The notes beneath the pieces were generated by a model. It was given only the letters and a program-made list of their open reading frames with translations. It did not search any database and was not told the origin of the DNA. A DNA stretch of 64,000 nt from Bdellovibrionales bacterium (GTDB lineage Bacteria > Bdellovibrionota > Bdellovibrionia > Bdellovibrionales > UBA1609), in NCBI GenBank assembly GCA_965219095.1, contig CBDCMT010000001.1, forward strand, positions 448,001 through 512,000, written 5' to 3'. A program made the translations under genes and the position numbers. Below, piece after piece: positions 20,243 through 28,954 of the stretch (position 1 is the first letter of the stretch; the number at the start of each line of letters is the position of its first letter).

Positions 20243-20602
20243 GAACAAGCTTTTAAAGTATTGAAAGGTATCTCGAATATACAACCTATCAGATTTTGGC
20301 TAAACAAAAAAGTTAAAGCCCATGTGTTCATATGTTATTTATCCTATCTTTTATTATCAATTTTAAAAATGAGATTAAATCATAAAAATGTTGGAATATC
20401 TCCACAAAAAGCCATTGAGGAGTTGGAAACAATGTATAATGTTTATTTTTCTGATAAAAAGAAAAAAGTAAGGTTGATGAAAACTGTTACTTTAAATAAG
20501 AAGCAAGAAAAAATACTGAATTCCATAGATTTAGGAATTTTGAGAAATCGCACTTCCATACTTTCTTAAATCCTAGTGAGTAAAAATTGTCTCAAATTTA
20601 GG
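20243..20602 (+). pseudogene. IS1634 3' remnant with right IR
   Basis: EQAFKVLKG...AHVFICYL; ends TTGTCTCAAATTTAGG. Confidence 0.82.
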
Positions 20603-21058
20603 TAAAAAAACATAGCTCAAACCCTGTTTATTGGCGGTTAGCAACTTTTTTGATTTTGACAGGTACTAGAGTTGGTGAGGCTTGTAGGCTTTTGTGGAGT
20701 GAAATTAATTTTGAAGATGGCTTTACTTGAATTGTGCGAACAGTACGTTGGGATCGTTATACAAAACACCCTGTTTTGGAAGAAACGACAAAAACTTCTT
20801 GTTCAGTTAGAGTTTTACCATTTCCTGATGTTTTAATAGAAGTTTTAAAACAAATGAAGGCTGAATCTTATGAAAAAGGCTATGAAGTCGTATTTCATAA
20901 TGGCAAAGGAGAACTTTTGAAATACAATGCCATTCCTTCAGCTTTTGATGCAGGTTTTAGAGCTTTAAAATTATCTTGGAGAGGGACTCATATTTGCAGA
21001 CATACTTTTGCAACTTTGGCCTTGCAAGCTACAAAAAACCTATCAGCGGTTCAAGTTA
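20603..21058 (+). pseudogene. Tyrosine integrase, catalytic-domain fragment 1
   Basis: FLILTGTRVGEAC (Arg box) and THICRHTFA (HxxR). Confidence 0.85.
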
Positions 21059-22466
21059 TACCAATTACAGAAATTAATTCGACATTTTTATGTTCAAATT
21101 TAAAATTTTAAAATTGACTTAAGGAAAAGCTTCAGTTAGGAGATTTTAAAAAACTTCTTTTAAGGTGAGTTTAAGTTTTCATAAGATATGTTTATTTCAG
21201 GTATATCTATTTGTTGTGTGAATCGATTGATGGGTTAAAATAAGTGTGAAAAAGTGAGGTTAAAATTTAAAATGAAAAAATCAGTTACACAATTTAATTT
21301 ATAGGTTCAAATTAATTTACAAGCTTGATCCATCTTGTTGTTTTCCCCAAGATCGAGTGCATAATTTTTTAATCCTGCCCTCCTGATCGCAAAAAGTATT
21401 CCAGGCCTCACAACAAGTATTCAGTATATGGTCATAGTTTTTAAAACATGCATTCGATAATTTGATCCTTCGTAATTGTTGCCAGACTTGTTCCATGGGA
21501 TTTAATTCTGGACTATAAGGAGGTAAAGGCATCAGGGATAAATTCTTAGGAACTATCAAAGTCTCTGTGGTATGCCAACTGGCTCTGTCCATTAAAACAA
21601 TTCCATGATAGTTTTCTTGAATATTTTTAGATATCTCATCTAAGTGAATTTGCATCATCCCTGAATTACATTCCGGTAAGATCCAAGCACAGCCTTTATC
21701 TCTATCCGGACAAACTGCTCCAAAAATATAAGTGGATAAAAATTGTCTTTCTCTCACAACTCTAGGTCGTGTGCCTTTTCTTGCCCAAATCCTGCTTAAA
21801 GAACCTTGCTGAGCTTATTCTGCATTCATCCTGCCACCAAATCTCTATTTTATGAGTCTGAATCTTTTCTTTTATTTTCTCCACCTCTTCTGGAAAATGT
21901 TCCTTAAACTGTTCCATAGCTTCTTGTGAACTTTTAGGATGAAGAGAACGACCACTGATCCATACAATATTAAGGCGGTCTAAAGAAACATAAACCCCAG
22001 AAAGAGAATAGCAACAGTTAAATTCATCTGCTAAAAGTTTCTGTATTCCCTTTGCTCCTATGCTTCCTCCTTCTCTTTTGTCTTGAATTTCATCTAACTT
22101 GATTTTGAAGTTCTCTTCTTCTGTCACTGGTAAACGAGGCTTGCGCCCTCTGCCTTCTCGATCTATCAACCCCTCGTAATCAAAGTCTACAAAAGACTGT
22201 AATCAGGATTTGATACTGTGATGATGATAGAAAACTATACCTGCTGTTTCTTGAATCGATTTTCCGTCTTGCATATGCTGCAAAGCTTGGAGTTTTATCT
22301 TGATGTTGGCACTTCTTTCCACTTTGTAAGTAGCCAGAAAATCATACCCTTGAATCTGTGTAACTAAATCTTTTTTCGACATGACTCTAAAAATTTAACA
22401 GAGTTTTATCAAAAAGCCAGGACGCAATACGTTAAAAGAATGTCGAATTAATTTTTGGAAATGGTA
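21057..22466 (-). mobile_element. IS630 species C, inactivated copy (transposase about 21317-22383)
   Basis: IRs TACCAATTACAGAAATTAATTCGAC and GTCGAATTAATTTTTGGAAATGGTA; nonsense codon and frameshift relative to the intact copy at 60613. Confidence 0.9.
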
Positions 22467-22467
22467 T

Positions 22468-22795
22468 TACAAAAGGCTTAAAAGAGCTTCCAGAATTTCC
22501 TAAGAAAAATGGCAAGAAAGGACGAATAAAGCATACACAAGCTCAAAACCTTTGGTTGCGATTTAAAAAGTATGAAGCAGAAATACTGTGTTTTGCTAAA
22601 AGAAAGAACGTAGATCCTACTAATAACAGAGCTGAAAGAGATCTAAGAATGACTAAGGTGAAAAAGAAAGTGTCAGATTAAGTTGCGACTATTACACATT
22701 ACCAGCTATGTTAAAACAATGAGAAATAGAGGGTATTCTTCTTTAGAAGCCATCTCTATGGCTTTAAATAAAAACTTACGAGAGTGAGCAGTTAC
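22468..22795 (+). mobile_element. IS66 3' fragment with an embedded IS481-type end (22671-22696)
   Basis: Near-identical to about 1900-2247 including GTGAGCAGTTAC; TGTCAGATTAAGTTGCGACTATTACA replaces an internal stretch. Confidence 0.85.
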
Positions 22796-23008
22796 CTAAA
22801 GTTTTAAATCTTTGGAATTCATGATTTAAAACTAAAAAAGGTTCAGATAGACGCATAATAGGAATATGTTTTTTTTACAATGTGTAAAGGAAGAGTCATT
22901 AAAAATGGAAAGGAAATGCAGGAAGTTTTTTCTTAGGTGATTAGAATATTCGTGACCGTATGCAAAAAAAATTTTTATATTTTTTGTAAATGGAGAAGTG
23001 TTTTTTCT

Positions 23009-23244
23009 TTTTGATAAAACTCTGTTAAATTTTTAGAGTCATGTCGAAAAAAGATTTAGTTACACAGATTCAAGGGTATAATTTTCTAGCTACTTACAAA
23101 GTAGAAAGAAGTGCCAACATCAAGACAAAATTATTGGCTTTGCAGCATATGCAAGAAGGAAAATCGATTCAAGAAACAGCAGGTATGGTTTTGTATCACC
23201 GTCACAGTATCAAATCTTGGTTACAGTCTTTTGTAGACTTTGAT
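23009..23244 (+). pseudogene. IS630 species C 5' fragment
   Basis: MSKKDLVTQIQGY... matches the N-terminus of 60613-61659. Confidence 0.85.
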
Positions 23245-23342
23245 TATACCAATTACAGAAATTAATTCGACATTTTTATGTTCAAATTTAAAATTTTAAA
23301 TTTGAACATAAAAATGTCGAATTAATTTCTGTAATTGGTATA
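23245..23342. repeat. Perfect 98-bp palindrome made of two IS630-C right ends
   Basis: 49-bp arm TATACCAATTACAGAAATTAATTCGACATTTTTATGTTCAAATTTAAAA followed directly by its reverse complement. Confidence 0.95.
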
Positions 23343-23456
23343 ATTCTTGGACATACGGATCAAGCCATAACGCAAAAGTACGCAAAAGCTATTGCACTTT
23401 TAAATTCACAAACAACTCAAAAAACTGCTCAATTTATAAACCTCAAATTAAAATAA
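23343..23456 (+). pseudogene. Tyrosine integrase, C-terminal fragment 2
   Basis: ILGHTDQAITQKYAK (LGH...Y box); continues fragment 1 to within one base. Confidence 0.8.
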
Positions 23457-23537
23457 AAACATTTATATAACAAAAATCACGCCAAAAACAGGAAAAAATA
23501 AAAATAATCCAATAATTTCAATAAATTGAATAACAAA

Positions 23538-23623
23538 TGGTGGAGAGAACAGGATTTGAACCTGTGTAGGCGTAAGCCAGCGGATTTACAGTCCGCCCCC
23601 TTTAGCCACTCGGGCATCTCTCC
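23538..23623 (-). tRNA. tRNA-Tyr(GTA)
   Basis: GGAGAGATGCCCGAGTGG...GCGGA-CTGTAAA-TCCGC, long variable arm, GGTTCAAATCC, CCA end. Confidence 0.96.
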
Positions 23624-23640
23624 TGTCATTCAATTTCAAG

Positions 23641-23716
23641 TGGAGCTGAGTGTGGGACTTGAACCCGCAACCTGCTGATTACAAATCAGCTGCTCTACCA
23701 ATTAAGCTAACCCAGC
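23641..23716 (-). tRNA. tRNA-Thr(TGT)
   Basis: GCTGA-TTTGTAA-TCAGC anticodon arm, GGTTCAAGTCC, CCA end. Confidence 0.96.
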
Positions 23717-23866
23717 ACCTTAGTTTTGTTTAAATCTTTTTGTTTTCGTAGTCAATTCACAAAAAAACCTTACATATTTTTGAAGATAAGTTAAATCATC
23801 CCTTTAAAACAAAATTTCCTTTCTTTTTTAATTCAAAACATCGGTTCCTAAAAAAGCCTATTGACT

Positions 23867-23943
23867 TGGCGCGTCTGAGAGGATTTGAACCCCTAACCCC
23901 TAGATCCGAAGTCTAGTGCTCTATCCAATTGAGCTACAGACGC
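23867..23943 (-). tRNA. tRNA-Arg(TCG)
   Basis: CTAGA-CTTCGGA-TCTAG anticodon arm, GGTTCAAATCC, CCA end. Confidence 0.95.
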
Positions 23944-23946
23944 TTT

Positions 23947-24360
23947 TTATTTTTTATGCTCCGCTTTCACAACTGTTTTAATATTCCCCCTTACATTGAA
24001 ATCAGCTTGAATGTAAATTTCCCAAGGATCTAAAAGAGTTATAAGATCATCTAAAACTACATTCACAAGATCTTCATGAAAGATCTTTTTATCCCTAAAA
24101 CCATTGATATAAAGCTTAAGGCTTTTAAGCTCAACATAGTATTTATGAGGGAGGTATTGGATGAAAAGGGTCGCAAAATCGGGAAAACCACTTTTAGGAC
24201 ACAGACAAGTCAACTCAGGACAAGTAAACTCCACCTTATAACGCCTGTGTTGCGTATGATTTTCAATACGCTCCAATTTGTTCTCTTCAATAGCTTTCTT
24301 TCCATAAAGTGCTTTATCATCTAACATAAAAAACCTCACTATTAGTCTTGTTTCTCTCAT
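23947..24360 (-). CDS. queF: PreQ0 (7-cyano-7-deazaguanine) reductase, short type
   Basis: PELTCLCPKSGFPDFA and VELKSLKLY signature. Confidence 0.95.
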   Translation of the reverse strand: MRETRLIVRFFMLDDKALYGKKAIEENKLERIENHTQHRRYKVEFTCPELTCLCPKSGFPDFATLFIQYLPHKYYVELKSLKLYINGFRDKKIFHEDLVNVVLDDLITLLDPWEIYIQADFNVRGNIKTVVKAEHKK

Positions 24361-24413
24361 ATTACTCTAGCACTTTTTTATCAAAAATGATAGCTTAAAA
24401 GAGTACAACAATT

Positions 24414-24806
24414 ATGAAGCTGTACTGGATGCATTCTATTTTACTTTTATTATTCTTAACAGCTTGTTCTCACTTAAAAAATTTTCAGACAAGCAGTTGT
24501 GGACAAACCGACTGGTATGAAATAGGGCGACAGGATGGTCGTTACGGTGAATCTTCAGAAAAAATAGAGAAATGGTTTAAGTTGTGTAAAAAATCTTTTA
24601 ATAAAACCATGTATAAAATAGGGCATAAAAAGGGTTTAAAGCAATACTGTTCTCCTGAGAATGCTTTCCAATTAGGAAAAACAGACATCCCTTATAAAAA
24701 AGTTTGCAAAACCTCCTTGAAATCTTTCTTAGAAGCTTATAAACAAGGACAAAACATCTTTCTAGAAAAAGAAAGAAGTTTTTTAGAACATTCTACGCCT
24801 CTATAA
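24414..24806 (+). CDS. DUF2799 lipoprotein
   Basis: LTAC lipobox; C...DWYEIGRQDG and YCSPENAFQLG. Confidence 0.8.
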   Translation: MKLYWMHSILLLLFLTACSHLKNFQTSSCGQTDWYEIGRQDGRYGESSEKIEKWFKLCKKSFNKTMYKIGHKKGLKQYCSPENAFQLGKTDIPYKKVCKTSLKSFLEAYKQGQNIFLEKERSFLEHSTPL

Positions 24807-25466
24807 AAAAGCTTTTAAAAATCTTTTTTTTAATAATTTTTTATGATTTTTAATACATTTTAAATAATACCGAATCCTTAGATCCCTCTTCTCCTCTTCT
24901 TTCAAACCACAAAAATTCCTTCTTTTTTGTAAATAAACATGATAAAAACTTAAACTTGCTGCAACAGAAATATTAAAACTTGGACAAAATCCATGCATAG
25001 GTATGATAGCTTTTTTATCAGCATATTCAAGGAGTTTTTGTGAAACACCCTTATGTTCGTTGCCAAAAATTAGGGCTGTAGGTTTTTGAAAATCAACTTC
25101 TTCTATGGATTCTGACGCACAAAGATCTGTAGCTACAATTTGAAAACCTTCATTTTGTAAAGAACGAATACAAAGTTCTATGTCAGAAAAATAAGAAATA
25201 TCAAGCCATTTATCCGAACCTCGACTCACTCTGTTAGCCTTTTTTCTTCCATTTTTATTTAAAACATAAAAACGATAAAACCCAAAAGCCTCAGCACTTC
25301 TCATAGAAGCACTCATATTCCCCTCATCGTAAATGTTTTCGAAAACAGGTATAAAGGAAGAAATTCTTTTCTCCACAACATGGTGAATTTTCTTCACTCT
25401 CTCTTTTGTAAGAAAACTCTCTAAATAAACCTCTAATTTTTTAAATTCTAAACCTCCTAAATTCAT
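24801..25466 (-). CDS. trmH: TrmH/SpoU-family RNA methyltransferase
   Basis: GNMSASMRSAEAFG, IFGNEHKGVS, IPMHG...SFNISVA. Confidence 0.85.
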   Translation of the reverse strand: MNLGGLEFKKLEVYLESFLTKERVKKIHHVVEKRISSFIPVFENIYDEGNMSASMRSAEAFGFYRFYVLNKNGRKKANRVSRGSDKWLDISYFSDIELCIRSLQNEGFQIVATDLCASESIEEVDFQKPTALIFGNEHKGVSQKLLEYADKKAIIPMHGFCPSFNISVAASLSFYHVYLQKRRNFCGLKEEEKRDLRIRYYLKCIKNHKKLLKKRFLKAFL

Positions 25467-25469
25467 TGG

Positions 25470-26321
25470 TTATAAAAATTCATGGATTTCTTGGTTTTGT
25501 TTTTGAGGTAAAGCAAAGCAGGCATGATGTATGTCTTTATTGTAATATTTTAAATCATTAACCCATGATTCAGAATCAAATCTAGCTTTTTGAAAATTAT
25601 CTTGAAGATTATATTGTTTAGAGGCAAAAGCAAAAGACCATATTCCTACATAAGTGGAATTAGTGTAGTTATACATCCCTACAAGAGGAAAAAACTCTCT
25701 CAAAACCTTCAAAAGATCTTTTTGTATTCTAGGGCTAATAGCATAAGACATACCTTGAGCCGTTACAATTCCATCATGAGCTAAAATTCTTTTAATATCT
25801 CTATAAAAATCAGATCCAAACAAATCTTCAGAAGGTCCAACAGGGTCTGTTGAATCCACAATTATGACATCAAATATTTCATCTGTTTGTTTTACAAACT
25901 GAATCCCATCATCAATGACAAGATCAAGGTGAGGATGATTAAGTCCTTGTTGCGAGTATTCTATGTACTTTTTGCAACTATCCACAACCATAGAGTCAAT
26001 CTCCACCATTTTACATACTTTCACCACAGAATGCTTTAACACCTCTCTTGCTGTTCCTCCGTCTCCACCGCCAATAATAAGAACTCTTTCAGGCTTAGGA
26101 TGAGAGAACAAAACTACATGAGAAATCATTTCATGATAAACAGCCTCATCTTTAGTTGTGGACATAACGATATCATCATGAACTAATATTTTTCCAAAAC
26201 TAGGTGTATCATAAATCTCAATCTTTTGAAAATCACTTCTTTTTGAAAACAGTTTCTTATAAAAAAGGTAAGAAATGTGCTGGTTTTTATCAAATGTATC
26301 TTTGAAATATTTTTCACTCAT
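25470..26321 (-). CDS. speE: Polyamine aminopropyltransferase (spermidine synthase)
   Basis: YHEMISH, IIGGGDGGTAREV, DVIIVDSTDP. Confidence 0.95.
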   Translation of the reverse strand: MSEKYFKDTFDKNQHISYLFYKKLFSKRSDFQKIEIYDTPSFGKILVHDDIVMSTTKDEAVYHEMISHVVLFSHPKPERVLIIGGGDGGTAREVLKHSVVKVCKMVEIDSMVVDSCKKYIEYSQQGLNHPHLDLVIDDGIQFVKQTDEIFDVIIVDSTDPVGPSEDLFGSDFYRDIKRILAHDGIVTAQGMSYAISPRIQKDLLKVLREFFPLVGMYNYTNSTYVGIWSFAFASKQYNLQDNFQKARFDSESWVNDLKYYNKDIHHACFALPQKQNQEIHEFL

Positions 26322-27253
26322 AAATCTTTCTCCTTTAGCATTTTAGAAAAAATTTCTTGTGGTTTCAATAAACTCACTTGCAAGTAATCAAACTTATAAT
26401 TTGACTTTAATGAGGTTTCAATGAGGTTACTTTGAAAATAAGATTCAACAGGATCAACATAAAGTTTTAAATGATCAGAAAACAACATAACTTCACAGAC
26501 TTCAGGGCGAAGAGTGCGAATGATTTTTGAGACAAGCTCCGTCTTAAAAATATTAGTTTCAAAACTTACGTAAGATGATTCTTTTTGTGGACTCATATGA
26601 AACATATAATAAAAGTCTTTAAAAATAGCATTTAAAGAATAGCCAAAGGGAGAAAAAAGATAATCGTCAATTTGAAAATGAAGGTCTTTAAAAATATCAT
26701 CCAAGGCCAAAAAATTTCTAACCTCTTCTTTACTCTTAGTTTGTACAAGAAAATCTCTTACAGGCTTTGAAAGATTATGGCTTAAAACCTCTAAAGTGAC
26801 ATCTGTATCACAAACACTTACGCTCTTTTTAGTTTCATAAAGATAGAGTTTAGGGCCTGTATGAGCTTGAAAACAATAGGTTTTACCTACAAGAAGTTTG
26901 TTTATTTTTTCAATATCTTGGAAAAAACTCGACTCTTGAAGGTCAGGATTTTTTTCATTTTTTCTTTCAAAAATAAGACTCTTGATCTGAGAAGGGTTAA
27001 AAACCTTTAAAACCCAAATGACAGCTGATACAAGGGAAGCTTGACCACAGGTAACGAGGGTAAACCTGTGAGGCCATACTAAAAGTGTGGATTCGGAAAG
27101 AAGATAAGCCTTGCAATCCACATTAGAAATAGAAGAGATAATTTGAGCACGGGTATGCTTAACAAGTTCAAACCAAAAGCTTTCCTCTAAATCATGGAAG
27201 TTTTGATCACAAATTGTGACTTCAAGTTTTTTTTCTACAGCCTCAAAAAACAC
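26318..27253 (-). CDS. speD: S-adenosylmethionine decarboxylase proenzyme, long eukaryote-like form
   Basis: FEAVEKKLEV, AYLLSES (self-cleavage site), TCG, FSPFGYSLN, SYVSFETN; overlaps speE. Confidence 0.88.
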   Translation of the reverse strand: MFFEAVEKKLEVTICDQNFHDLEESFWFELVKHTRAQIISSISNVDCKAYLLSESTLLVWPHRFTLVTCGQASLVSAVIWVLKVFNPSQIKSLIFERKNEKNPDLQESSFFQDIEKINKLLVGKTYCFQAHTGPKLYLYETKKSVSVCDTDVTLEVLSHNLSKPVRDFLVQTKSKEEVRNFLALDDIFKDLHFQIDDYLFSPFGYSLNAIFKDFYYMFHMSPQKESSYVSFETNIFKTELVSKIIRTLRPEVCEVMLFSDHLKLYVDPVESYFQSNLIETSLKSNYKFDYLQVSLLKPQEIFSKMLKEKDL

Positions 27254-27420
27254 TTTAATTGTATAGACTCCTGAAGAAGAAATGTCAATAAAATTTTTCT
27301 CTGCCTTAGAAAAAAAAAGATAGTGGAAATAAGATACAAAAAGGAGAGCTTGTAAAGGAGGCCTTTCTCAAAAAATCTTCTTAAAACCAGCTTATTAGAA
27401 ATTTTATGTCCCTCATATTC

Positions 27421-27461
27421 ATATGGATGGCCAGCCTTTTTGAAAGGCTGGCCATCCATAT
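27421..27461. promoter_or_regulatory. Perfect 19-bp-stem hairpin upstream of speD
   Basis: ATATGGATGGCCAGCCTTT-TTG-AAAGGCTGGCCATCCATAT; function unknown. Confidence 0.5.
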
Positions 27462-27841
27462 TTTCTTCTGAAACCATCGGTTAATAGAATTGAAATCAAA
27501 AAAAAATAGCTCCCATATCTTACACTGACTATAACCATCATCTAAAAGAAGATGCTATGGAGCAGATAAGCATATCTTTTCTTATCTTCTCGCTTTAATG
27601 CTTATAAAAGCTCTTAATACTTTTTTTTGATAATAAGACTCCCATGAAAAATGTTGTTTACATAGAATTCTATGTTATCAAGACATTTGGACAAAAACTC
27701 TGACCCCCCTCTCTGTGTATGGGTTTTGAAGTTCAATCAGTCCACTACAATTCTATCAATCACAAATTTTCAATTTAATTTTATCTCTTAACCTCTATCT
27801 TACAACTTGAAAAATAAAAAAACTTATGTTTTAAAAGTTAT

Positions 27842-28675
27842 ATGAAGCCTCTTGTCTCTGTCATCATTCCTACTTATAACCGAAAAGAAAAGGTTAAAAG
27901 AGCCCTTCAATCTGTTATCAAACAAACTTATAAAAACTGGGAGGCTTTTGTAATCGATGATGGTTCTACAGATGATAGTATTGAAATACTTAAGGCTTTT
28001 CAAGCTCCTCACATTCATATCATAAGACAAGAAGAAAACCGAGGGGTGAGTTTTGCAAGAAATTTAGGAATTCAAAAAGCTCAAGGTTCTTTGATTTGCT
28101 TTTTAGATTCTGATGATGAGTGGTTAGAACAAAAACTTGAAAAACAAATAGAAAGTTACAAAAAAAATTTACTTCCTATTATCCACACAGACGAAATATG
28201 GATTCGCAATGGGGTTAGAGTCAATCCGAAAAAAATTCATAAAAAATACGGAGGACGTATATTTAAACCTTCCCTTCTTCTTTGTACTATGAGTCCTTCA
28301 ACTGTTATGATTCACAAAAAAGTCTTTAAAAACATAGGAGGTTTTAGAGAAGATTTTGTAGTTTGCGAAGACTATGAACTTTGGCTTCGAATCAGCTGTC
28401 AGTACAATGTAGACTTTATCCCTGAACCTCTTATTAAAAAATATGGAGGTCACAAGGATCAACTGTCAAAAAAATTCGTTGCCATGGATTACTTTAGAGT
28501 GAAAGCTCTGCATAGTATAAAGAACTCTTTTTCCCTTACTAAAGAAGAGCAAGCATTCCTCTATAAAACATTACAGAGAAAATGTAAAATCTTACTCAAT
28601 GGCTATAAAAAACATAACAACATGACAAATTTTAAAGAAATCTCTTCTATCTTTGAAGAATCTTTAAAAGAGTGA
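27842..28675 (+). CDS. Glycosyltransferase family 2
   Basis: VSVIIPTYNR, DDGSTD, ARNLGI, FLDSDD, EDYELW. Confidence 0.93.
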   Translation: MKPLVSVIIPTYNRKEKVKRALQSVIKQTYKNWEAFVIDDGSTDDSIEILKAFQAPHIHIIRQEENRGVSFARNLGIQKAQGSLICFLDSDDEWLEQKLEKQIESYKKNLLPIIHTDEIWIRNGVRVNPKKIHKKYGGRIFKPSLLLCTMSPSTVMIHKKVFKNIGGFREDFVVCEDYELWLRISCQYNVDFIPEPLIKKYGGHKDQLSKKFVAMDYFRVKALHSIKNSFSLTKEEQAFLYKTLQRKCKILLNGYKKHNNMTNFKEISSIFEESLKE

Positions 28676-28954
28676 AAAGTTTTTATCAGGTTTTGTCATT
28701 TTTAAGTAAATAGAGCTTTCCAAGAAAACTGTCCTTACGATTCTAGTAAATTTTTTATCTATACTAATCGTGTTTTAAAAATCAATTTTTCACGTGTGAC
28801 TAGCACCACTTTGGCAAGTTATCCATAACCCTTTTCATAAAGAGATGGAGTCCAAAGACTTTGATGTTGACATTTAGGACAGATATAGTGCTTCCGTTTA
28901 GGTTTTCAGGTTCCTAAGATGGAGAAGTTATCAGTTATCAAAGTTTCTAATTTA

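Noticed and set aside
24361..24413. PreQ1 riboswitch upstream of queF
   Set aside because: Short divergent spacer with no recognisable aptamer stem.
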